The position numbers and the translations under genes were made by a program. Positions 47,335 through 54,315 of a stretch of 64,000 nucleotides of DNA are shown one piece after another. Source of the DNA: Escherichia coli (GTDB lineage Bacteria; Pseudomonadota; Gammaproteobacteria; Enterobacterales; Enterobacteriaceae); assembly GCF_003790525.1 (NCBI RefSeq), contig NZ_CP033635.1, one strand, 5' to 3'. Within the stretch, counting starts at the first letter, position 1. Each line of letters begins with the position of its first letter. The notes under the pieces are model-generated. The model did not search any database. It saw only the letters and a list, made by a program, of their open reading frames with translations, and was not told the origin of the DNA.

Positions 47335-47405
47335 AAACGTCATAAATAGCGAAAACGTGCGAGGTCGACGCCCCGTAACGGGTCCACATGCCGGAAAGGA
47401 CCCGC
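47335..47405 (-). other. lambda-like cos site copy B, inverted relative to copy A; cosN-like 12-mer (reverse complement) at 47362-47373
   Basis: reverse complement reads GGGTCCTTTCCGGCATGTGGACCCGTTACG GGGCGTCGACCT CGCACGTTTTCGCTATTTATGA; lies about 70 bp upstream of the terS-like start in the lambda cosN-to-Nu1 orientation. Confidence 0.7.
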
Positions 47406-47428
47406 AAAAAAAGCCGGATTTCTCCGGC
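47406..47428 (-). terminator. intrinsic terminator after the capsid/decoration genes
   Basis: minus strand GCCGGAGAAATCCGGC followed by U7. Confidence 0.65.
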
Positions 47429-47502
47429 CTTGTCTCAGATGGTTTTCAGTATGCGATAGATGTCGCCGTCATCGCCCTGGTTTGTGCCATCGTTCCCCCT
47501 GC

Positions 47503-47838
47503 TTATCGGGCCAGCGGCTGAACGGATACGCCGGAACCCGCAAAGGCGGCGCATTTTTTCGCATCGGTGTCGACGCTCTCAGGCCAGTTAACGGCGGCAA
47601 TATTGAATATCCCCGTCTTGTAACACTGTGCTGATTTCTGCTTTGACGTGTCCACAGGGTACGAGGTCAGATAAACAGCCTTGCCAGATTCCTTACCATC
47701 CCACGCCTTAAACTCGCCATTGTCTGCCAGCATCAGCGGGGTAAATTCCTGAATAACGCCAGCATCAGCGGCAAAATGTACCAGCGTCGTGGATACCTGT
47801 TGGCTGCCTGAAAATAACTCAATGTATGGAGCGTCCAT
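47503..47838 (-). CDS. lambda gpD-like head decoration protein
   Basis: TPLMLADNGEFKAWDG and AFAGSGVSV match lambda gpD TPLMLDTSSRKLVAWDG and AFAGTAISIV; 111 aa. Confidence 0.8.
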   Translation of the reverse strand: MDAPYIELFSGSQQVSTTLVHFAADAGVIQEFTPLMLADNGEFKAWDGKESGKAVYLTSYPVDTSKQKSAQCYKTGIFNIAAVNWPESVDTDAKKCAAFAGSGVSVQPLAR

Positions 47839-47849
47839 AGAATCCCCCG

Positions 47850-48905
47850 TTAAGCAATTTTGACGGTAACAAATTTGCGAATATCTGCCGGTACAGGCTG
47901 CGGTGCGCTGTGCGTCTGCACGTACTCAATCGCCGGATCGCCGTCCTCAATCCAGTTTTTCGGGTAGTACATGTTTTGCGTTGCGCCCGTTCTTACCGCT
48001 TCCTGATCCATAATCGCACCATATGCCACCAGCCCTTTATTGTTGGTGTTACCCAGGACCAGCAAATCAGGCTCAAGGAAATATTTTTCGGTCCCGTCGC
48101 TGTCAGTGTATTTGCCGGAATAGACGATAAGGGCCAGATCACCAAGATAGCCTTTAAAGCTCACCACTTCGCCCAGGTTTTTACAGGCCAGCTCGGCGGC
48201 GGATTCTGATCCACGGGAAAGATCGTACAGTTCACGGAATTTTTTAAAGCTGCGTAATGTGCGCCATACCTCACCGCCCATAATCATGACGTTGGCGGGG
48301 CAACCTGCCTGATCAGCATAAAGCTCGATGTCATAGATTGGGTCGTGCATGTCTTTATCCTGCTGGGACCATTTTTTACCACTGGCCTGCTGTATGATGC
48401 AGTTTTCCGGTATTTTCCAGTCGATTTCATAGCGTTCTATGCCTTCGCCCTCAATGATGTTTTTTCCGGTCGTTACCGCATTCACCGCCAGCCATTCCAC
48501 GCGCGCCTTAATGGCGTTTATCTGGCGGCGCATGTTGCCAGTAATCAGGCGCATACGGCGGTAAGTTGGATCGTTAAGCTGTGCCGGATCTTCTCCATCC
48601 ATGCGCATGATGGTCTTTGTTGGATCGATTTCGTGCTTTGGCTTCATGTAGCCTGGTTTAATCGTGCTGGTTTCGTACCCTTTATCGCGCTGGACCTGAC
48701 TACCCACCATAGGAGAACAGAACGCTGACATCGTAACCTCTTCAATGTCCAGGGTGTCCAGCATGATGTTTTGGGTGTTGAAGGTCGCCACGTTCGGGAA
48801 AAACAGCGTGGTAAACAGCGGACTAAATTTATATTCCGAAATATCCCCGCGATTCAGGTACGCGAAAAGCTGGTTAGTTGTAAGTGCCTTTGCTTTGCCT
48901 GTCAT
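47850..48905 (-). CDS. lambda gpE-like major capsid protein
   Basis: 351 aa; KPGYMKPKHEIDPTKT, DPTYRRMRLITGNMRR and YPKNWIEDGDPA...SAP...FVTVKIA align with lambda gpE along the whole length. Confidence 0.85.
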   Translation of the reverse strand: MTGKAKALTTNQLFAYLNRGDISEYKFSPLFTTLFFPNVATFNTQNIMLDTLDIEEVTMSAFCSPMVGSQVQRDKGYETSTIKPGYMKPKHEIDPTKTIMRMDGEDPAQLNDPTYRRMRLITGNMRRQINAIKARVEWLAVNAVTTGKNIIEGEGIERYEIDWKIPENCIIQQASGKKWSQQDKDMHDPIYDIELYADQAGCPANVMIMGGEVWRTLRSFKKFRELYDLSRGSESAAELACKNLGEVVSFKGYLGDLALIVYSGKYTDSDGTEKYFLEPDLLVLGNTNNKGLVAYGAIMDQEAVRTGATQNMYYPKNWIEDGDPAIEYVQTHSAPQPVPADIRKFVTVKIA

Positions 48906-49111
48906 TATTCACCTCCGTGAACCTGATTGATACCCAGCGCCGCACGCAAATAGGTGCGCACCTGCCAGCCTGTTGACGGCTCAACCATCGCCAGCGGATC
49001 AAGTCCTGCCGCAATGCCTGCTTTTACATTCTGCTGGTGGCGTTCCTTGAGCGCCTCCACGATGTCGGGGCTTATGTAGACCGTCACCCCGCCTTTTTTC
49101 TCTTCTGCCAT
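48905..49111 (-). CDS. hypothetical 68-aa protein translationally coupled (TAATG) to the capsid gene
   Basis: stop overlaps the gpE-like ATG; first gene of the capsid operon. Confidence 0.5.
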   Translation of the reverse strand: MAEEKKGGVTVYISPDIVEALKERHQQNVKAGIAAGLDPLAMVEPSTGWQVRTYLRAALGINQVHGGE

Positions 49112-49145
49112 AGTCAGAAATTCCTCTTTGACTTAAAAAATCATA

Positions 49146-49163
49146 ACTGGATGTTCATCCAGT
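49146..49163. promoter_or_regulatory. perfect palindrome ACTGGATG-TT-CATCCAGT upstream of the capsid operon (candidate operator/activator site)
   Basis: 8-bp arms with 2-bp spacer, about 35 bp upstream of the first operon ATG (49111). Confidence 0.4.
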
Positions 49164-49322
49164 CCTGATTATAATCATGATTGCATTTTGCGCAACAATA
49201 TTGAGTTACGTTGCAAATTATGAAATGATTATCCCGATCATGTGTGTCAGTTCACCATAAAAAACCTCGTATACAAAAGCCCCATAAGCCCCCTGTGACC
49301 TTATCGGGCTTTTTTTAGGCGT

Positions 49323-49344
49323 AAAAAAGCCGGATTGCTCCGGC
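49323..49344 (-). terminator. intrinsic terminator after the ANR-like gene (same stem family as 47406-47428)
   Basis: minus strand GCCGGAGCAATCCGGC followed by U6. Confidence 0.6.
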
Positions 49345-49351
49345 TGTGTGC

Positions 49352-49624
49352 TCACTTCTGCGGGTAGTTGCGCCATATTGCTTTGCCAATACCAGCTATC
49401 CCCATTTGTTTTTCAGTGCGATTAACTGACCTTTTCAGAGCGCCTAAATCATCCGGCGGCTCCGGTGGCCTCTGTGCCTTACGGATACATTCCGCGCGAC
49501 GCATTGCCACCTGTTCGCGCTCCTTGTCTGTCTCCACCAGCCTCATAACTTCACCCCATCGCGCCGCCGCCCTCCGGTAAAAGCCTTTTGCCTCGAGTTC
49601 CTCCGCTATGCGGTCATGTACCAT
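49352..49624 (-). CDS. ANR-like small regulator, paralog 1 (start at MVHDR.. assumed)
   Basis: MVHDRIAEELEAKGFYRRAAARWGEVM...; longer ORF start would overlap ssb. Confidence 0.55.
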   Translation of the reverse strand: MVHDRIAEELEAKGFYRRAAARWGEVMRLVETDKEREQVAMRRAECIRKAQRPPEPPDDLGALKRSVNRTEKQMGIAGIGKAIWRNYPQK

Positions 49625-49634
49625 CGTCACCCCC

Positions 49635-50045
49635 TCAGAACGGAATATCATCACCGTAAGGGTCATCGCCTCCCGCTGGTGGCTGATTACCCTGTGTGCC
49701 TGTGGTTTTGCGTCTGTTCCCGCCAGGACGTGCCGCACGGGCACTGATTACGCTGTCTGCAATAACCTGCCAGCCCTGCCGCGTTTCCCCGTTCTGTCCG
49801 GTCCACTGGCTGACCTGCATCGTGCCGGATACGCTGGCAACGTCGCCTTTTTGATGTTTAGCCAGAAAGTCGGCCTGTTTGCCAAATGCGATGACCGATA
49901 ACCATAACGTCGCCTGTCCGTCCTGTGCCTGGCCGCATGGTAAAGATACCGCCATACGCGCCAGCGTCATCGGTGTACCCTTACTGGTCTGTTTTACCTG
50001 CGGGTCGTCCACCAGCCGCCCGTAAGCTGCTATCTGTGCTGTCAT
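49635..50045 (-). CDS. single-stranded DNA-binding protein (SSB-like OB fold with acidic DDIPF tail)
   Basis: 136 aa; C-terminal ...DPYGDDIPF typical of SSB; Gly/Pro-rich linker. Confidence 0.75.
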   Translation of the reverse strand: MTAQIAAYGRLVDDPQVKQTSKGTPMTLARMAVSLPCGQAQDGQATLWLSVIAFGKQADFLAKHQKGDVASVSGTMQVSQWTGQNGETRQGWQVIADSVISARAARPGGNRRKTTGTQGNQPPAGGDDPYGDDIPF

Positions 50046-50284
50046 GCTGTCTGCTCTCCGGTTTTAACGTTGATGGTTGTTACCTGTTCTGCTTCGGCAA
50101 TATCCCGCTCTGTCAGCGTGGCAAAGTTTGCCGCCGTCGTTGTCATGAATGCGCTTATCAGTTCGGGATGTGCTTTCGCGTATCCTTCCCCTGTGTTGCG
50201 GTCGATGATTTTTATCGCCACCCTCAGCCAGTGCTCTGTAAGGTCAATGGCGCGGTGATCTGTCTTTTTGTGGCTTACCTTCAT
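50042..50284 (-). CDS. hypothetical protein (80 aa)
   Basis: ORF overlapping the ssb start (coupled); no recognisable family. Confidence 0.45.
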   Translation of the reverse strand: MKVSHKKTDHRAIDLTEHWLRVAIKIIDRNTGEGYAKAHPELISAFMTTTAANFATLTERDIAEAEQVTTINVKTGEQTA

Positions 50285-50287
50285 GAT

Positions 50288-50611
50288 TTACTCCAGAGTA
50301 CCGCTATTGCTGCTGTCGTTAACCGGATACCAGGCAAATACCATCGATTCACCACAGTGAACAAACTTCTTATCCGGCAGATAAAGGCACTCGCACATTC
50401 CCTCATCAGGACTATGCGGACTCATGCCCAGCTCACTGGTCAGCACGGGTAAGATTTCGCGGCAGGTGTTCCCCGCACCGAAATAATCAACCTCACAAAG
50501 CGCCCATGCAGCAATCGGGCTGTACCATTCCGTGCCGTCGTCGTCTTTGAACTTAGCCCACCAGCCAGGAAGGGCAGTTGATATGCTCAGTGTTTCAATT
50601 TCAGTGTTCAT
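50288..50611 (-). CDS. hypothetical protein (about 107 aa; start uncertain)
   Basis: ORF 50288..50656 with internal Met; Cys-rich, no recognisable family. Confidence 0.45.
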   Translation of the reverse strand: MNTEIETLSISTALPGWWAKFKDDDGTEWYSPIAAWALCEVDYFGAGNTCREILPVLTSELGMSPHSPDEGMCECLYLPDKKFVHCGESMVFAWYPVNDSSNSGTLE

Positions 50612-50659
50612 AAATTTACCTTCGGTATTTTGTCCTGCTGTTCGATTTTTATTCATTGC

Positions 50660-50870
50660 TCACCATCTCTCACTTTTACTACTCACTTTTTAAAGCGTCT
50701 CGCTTCGTCTCACTTGAGATTTTTGTGTTTTGTATGTGCATGTTTCATAAGTGTTTTTTCACTGCTCACTTTTGAGCATGTATACAGGTGAGAAAGTGAG
50801 TAATTGTGTTAATATTTTGTAAAAACCTCACCATTACTCACTTTTACTACTCACTTTTTACAGTGGTCCT
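50660..50870. repeat. iteron array (CTCACTT heptamers, two 24-bp direct repeats) - candidate replication origin of the element
   Basis: at least 6 direct and 2 inverted CTCACTT copies between 50669 and 50856; CTCACTTTTACTACTCACTTTTTA at 50669 and 50839; directly 3' of the primase-helicase gene. Confidence 0.6.
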
Positions 50871-52264
50871 ACATCATCACCATCAATGTAAATCACGGCG
50901 TCTTTTTCCAGTTTGGCTAACCATCGCCGCATATTTTTCACGTCATACCCAAGCCGTTTCATGTCATCACGTAACAGCGGGATCGTGCACTTGTCGCCGT
51001 TCTGTGTGCGTGAACGGATGCACCCCCATAGCGCGGTATGGTTTTCCGTCTTGTTGCCTGCCTCCTCGATGCGCTCCAGTTCAGCAGGGGCGCGGGGAAC
51101 GTCAATCACCACCATGGACACAATTTCTTCGCCATCTGTATCGGTGAACACCTCCACGCTTTTAAGGTCGTATGCACTCTCTTTTGGCTCCTCTGCGTCC
51201 TTCATCTTCGTACACGCCGCAACCAGTGCTGTAACGTCTGAATTTTCCCTGCTGATTCGGTACTCTGCATCAAGCGCGGCACGGAATGCACTGGAACCAC
51301 GCGCCCCCTTTGTTTCATCCTTGCCGGAATGGTGAACCACCAGCACCGTGGCCCCTGTGGCCTGCTTTATCGCGTCACACCCCTGGATAAATGCGCCCAT
51401 ATCACGGGAATCATTTTCATCATTCCCACCAAAGCAACGGGCCAGCGTGTCGATCACAATCAGCCGCACATTTTCGCCCGTTCTGCTCTTAACAAGTCCG
51501 GCAGTCCTGATAACCTGCTCCACATAGTCAGGCGATGCAGGGAAAACAGGCGCGTTAATGATGCACAAATCTGTAACCACCTTGTCGTGGGTTATCTCCC
51601 ACGCCTTAACGCGGCGTTTTACGCCCATGCTGCCTTCACCAGCGATATAGATAACCGCACCCTTACTTACCCTGCGGCCTCCCCATGCCATACCTGTGGC
51701 AACATGGCACGACCAGGAAATGGCGAGGAACGATTTATAAGAACCGCTGGCCCCGTAGGTGCTGCATAATGACTCAGCCGGAATAAGCCCCTTAATGACG
51801 TAGCTTTGCTGCGCATCGAATCCCTCAGAACCCCATGAGATGGGAAGTGTGATTTTTCGCTTTCCGCCATTCATGACCAGGCTTTCCCCTCTCTCCCATG
51901 TTTCCCGTAGTCGTGGTAGCTGGTCGCTCCAGTCCTCCAGCAGTTCGAAATTTTCAGAAAGTAGCCGCGCCTCCTGGACTCCGGCGATCGCCAGTTTTGT
52001 GGCAATGGTCAGCATCTGCATATCGTCCAGGTTTCCGGCGCGTATGACCTTTACCCTGTATCGTCCTTCATCAACAATCTGTAAGTTGTCCAGTTCGCTT
52101 AACTGATAACGGCCCAGATAAACCGGAGGGATGGGATCGCCTGCTTTTTTGGCCTGTGCAATCATGTAATGTTCTGCAAAGGAGTGAGCATTATCACCCG
52201 CAAAAATAACCGCCTCAGTGTGTTTATCTTTCGGTAACAGTTTTACGTTCGGTGCAAGTTTCAT
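50858..52264 (-). CDS. replication initiator: primase-associated N-domain + RecA-like/AAA helicase (pri-rep type)
   Basis: 468 aa; Walker A GASGSYKS, Walker B LIVIDTL, VLVVHHSGKD; C-terminal wH-like tail. Confidence 0.8.
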   Translation of the reverse strand: MKLAPNVKLLPKDKHTEAVIFAGDNAHSFAEHYMIAQAKKAGDPIPPVYLGRYQLSELDNLQIVDEGRYRVKVIRAGNLDDMQMLTIATKLAIAGVQEARLLSENFELLEDWSDQLPRLRETWERGESLVMNGGKRKITLPISWGSEGFDAQQSYVIKGLIPAESLCSTYGASGSYKSFLAISWSCHVATGMAWGGRRVSKGAVIYIAGEGSMGVKRRVKAWEITHDKVVTDLCIINAPVFPASPDYVEQVIRTAGLVKSRTGENVRLIVIDTLARCFGGNDENDSRDMGAFIQGCDAIKQATGATVLVVHHSGKDETKGARGSSAFRAALDAEYRISRENSDVTALVAACTKMKDAEEPKESAYDLKSVEVFTDTDGEEIVSMVVIDVPRAPAELERIEEAGNKTENHTALWGCIRSRTQNGDKCTIPLLRDDMKRLGYDVKNMRRWLAKLEKDAVIYIDGDDVGPL

Positions 52265-52548
52265 TTCTTACCCCCTGCGACCAGCATTTCACGGATTTTG
52301 CGGATATAACTTGCAGCACGTTTCTGATTAACGGCTTTACGATGGCCCACCAGCGTGAAATCACGCCGGAACTGATAAACAGGCATAACGCAGTCATATT
52401 CGTAGCCTTCACGGCGGTAAGTGATGCGACGTTCCTCCACGCCCTTAATCATTACCGTGCCGCCGTAGTTATCACGGAAAATATCGCCGGGACGGATTTC
52501 AGGACGAGCGGGGCCGCTGGCATTAACGCCAGAATTTTTATTTTTCAT
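52261..52548 (-). CDS. hypothetical protein (95 aa) translationally coupled to the replication gene
   Basis: stop overlaps the downstream start; basic protein. Confidence 0.45.
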   Translation of the reverse strand: MKNKNSGVNASGPARPEIRPGDIFRDNYGGTVMIKGVEERRITYRREGYEYDCVMPVYQFRRDFTLVGHRKAVNQKRAASYIRKIREMLVAGGKK

Positions 52549-52553
52549 GTTTT

Positions 52554-52781
52554 TTATTCTCCGGTGTGCTGTTCTTTATATCTGTCGTGAATTGCCATCA
52601 CTGTATTTAATTCATTAATAACAGCCGTTAATAGCGTACGCACGGCAGAAAACATCATTGAATCAGATTCATCGCCACTTTCCTGCACATCAATTAAATT
52701 AAGTAGTAATGCGTCCATTTCCTTTGCGCGGATTAATGCCTTTTCACAATGAAAAATAACACCAAAGGGTATTTTATTCAT
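52554..52781 (-). CDS. hypothetical protein (about 75 aa)
   Basis: ORF with internal Met start; first gene after the divergent operator region. Confidence 0.4.
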   Translation of the reverse strand: MNKIPFGVIFHCEKALIRAKEMDALLLNLIDVQESGDESDSMMFSAVRTLLTAVINELNTVMAIHDRYKEQHTGE

Positions 52782-53056
52782 GACTCCCCTCCTGACGGAT
52801 ACGGGCGGCGAATACAGCGACACAACCGGACGGGCAACGGTTACGCGCTTCGCGTTCCGTCCAGGCGGTCACGTGGATAATTTGAGATTCTCCGGCACTC
52901 AGTGCCAGAAAACGCCACACAAAGGCGGTTTGTGTGTGCGCTAGTCGTGGGGTATGCTGTGTTCCAGCCATAATCGTTACTCCTGTTAACGGTTTGGTTA
53001 GACGCCCTGCATGTGTTACAGCACTGCGGGGCGTTGTCTTTTTAACGGCTTTCGTG

Positions 53057-53104
53057 ATAGGGTGTACACCTATCAAGCAAAAACATAACGCTATAGGTGT
53101 ACAC
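53057..53104. promoter_or_regulatory. two TAGG(G)TGTACAC palindromic operator-like sites immediately upstream of the RHH gene
   Basis: ATAGGGTGTACACCTAT at 53057-53073 and ATAGGTGTACAC at 53093-53104, ending at the ATG. Confidence 0.6.
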
Positions 53105-53299
53105 ATGTCAACAGTTATTAAGCGAGATAAAAAACCAAAGGGAACAGGAAAAGCCCCCCCATTCCATATGCGAATAGCTCCAGAACTGAAAGAGCAGTTT
53201 GATAATGAGGCCAGCAATGATGGGGTAAGCCTAGCCAACTGGCTTAAAGAGTTGGGGCGCGCCGAACTAAAGCGACGCGGCATTGAACCTAAAGGCTGA
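53105..53299 (+). CDS. ribbon-helix-helix (CopG/Arc-like) DNA-binding protein, 64 aa
   Basis: beta-strand/helix pattern PFHMRIAPELKEQF...SLANWLKELGRAEL typical of RHH regulators/antitoxins. Confidence 0.6.
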   Translation: MSTVIKRDKKPKGTGKAPPFHMRIAPELKEQFDNEASNDGVSLANWLKELGRAELKRRGIEPKG

Positions 53300-53302
53300 T
53301 GT

Positions 53303-53428
53303 ATGACTGAAAAGCAGACCGATAACAAACTTTCTCTACCAGAGAATAAACCAGCAGGCTTCTTACCAAGAAAAATCCTTGATGAGATCAAACGCCGCCA
53401 GCGCCGCAAGGCCAAAGAGCAGGAATAG
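53303..53428 (+). CDS. small basic ORF (41 aa) immediately downstream of the RHH gene
   Basis: ATG 4 nt after the RHH stop; product MTEKQTDNKLSLPENKPAGFLPRKILDEIKRRQRRKAKEQE. Confidence 0.3.
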   Translation: MTEKQTDNKLSLPENKPAGFLPRKILDEIKRRQRRKAKEQE

Positions 53429-53752
53429 CCCACCAGCAAGCCAGCACACTGATCACATTGGCCACCGTGACAGGTGGCCTTTTCTTTGCCCGTTATCCGG
53501 CAATTGTGGCGCTTCGCCACACGGTTGATATAATTCCCCTGCTCAGATTCATTTTTTGCGCGGCAGGTAAATTGTTCAGAAAGGCGGCTCCTTATCGGGG
53601 CCGCTTTTTTTATGTCTGAAAAACCGCGATTTTGTTGTTTTTCAGTTTCACCAGGCCGAACGAAGCCCCGCCCATGTTCGGGCGTATATCCAGTCTTCAT
53701 GGTTAAATCTCTGTATTAGTGGATGGGTGGCGGCTGTGTGCCGCCAGTCTTT

Positions 53753-53941
53753 TTAGTGAACTGCCTCGCAGCTTTCCTTCCATGCCAGAACTTCGGATAA
53801 AGACCAGCCAACGGAACGACCGCCCAGCTTACGCCGTGATGGGAATTGTCCGGCCTTTTCCAGGCGGTAGCGGCATGAGCGGCTAAGGCCTGTTAGCTTT
53901 TCGCATTCTTTTTCACGTATAAAGCGATCAGTGCTTAACAC
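53753..53941 (-). CDS. alpA: AlpA/Vis-family phage regulatory protein (excisionase-like)
   Basis: 62 aa; ...IREKECEKLTGLSRSCRYRLEKAGQFPSRRKLGGRSVGW... typical AlpA fold signature. Confidence 0.8.
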   Translation of the reverse strand: MLSTDRFIREKECEKLTGLSRSCRYRLEKAGQFPSRRKLGGRSVGWSLSEVLAWKESCEAVH

Positions 53942-54315
53942 TATTGCCCCCTTTCGTTTCTTAAAGAGTTATTTCGTGTTCTATTGCGTTGGGATGTGTC
54001 TGATTGTGTCAGGGTGATTCAGAGTTGGCAAATGTTGGTGGCGGGTATTTTACAGAAACGGGGTGATTTTAATAAAAATCATTTTAATTCAGTATTATGC
54101 AAAGGCATAAAATCTCGTTTTATGCCTTTTTTCTCACTATTTAAAGCGTTATTCGCTAATGTATAAAAAACCAGTTGAGCATTAAAAATCAGCAACTTAT
54201 AAATCTGTATACTTTTTGACCTCTTGTTCGTGGTTGTTTCACGTTGTTGTGTATTGTTGCACGTTGTATCTGTGCACTTATCCAGTATGCGCATACTGAA
54301 AAAACACGAAAAAAA

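Noticed and set aside
47126-47521. 131-aa plus-strand ORF overlapping the terS-like gene and cos copy B
   Set aside because: Antisense to the Nu1-like gene and covering the cos copy; the shared peptide (RGRRPVTGPHAGKDP) is an artefact of the inverted cos repeat.
50669-50862. CRISPR-like array
   Set aside because: The repeats are 7-24 bp with irregular short spacing and mixed orientation, no cas genes nearby; they are consistent with iterons, not CRISPR repeats.
52774-53700. 308-aa minus-strand ORF spanning the RHH gene region
   Set aside because: Low-complexity Arg/Cys/Ser-rich translation with no family resemblance; overlaps the well-supported plus-strand RHH gene, its operators and three terminator-like hairpins; judged a spurious antisense ORF.
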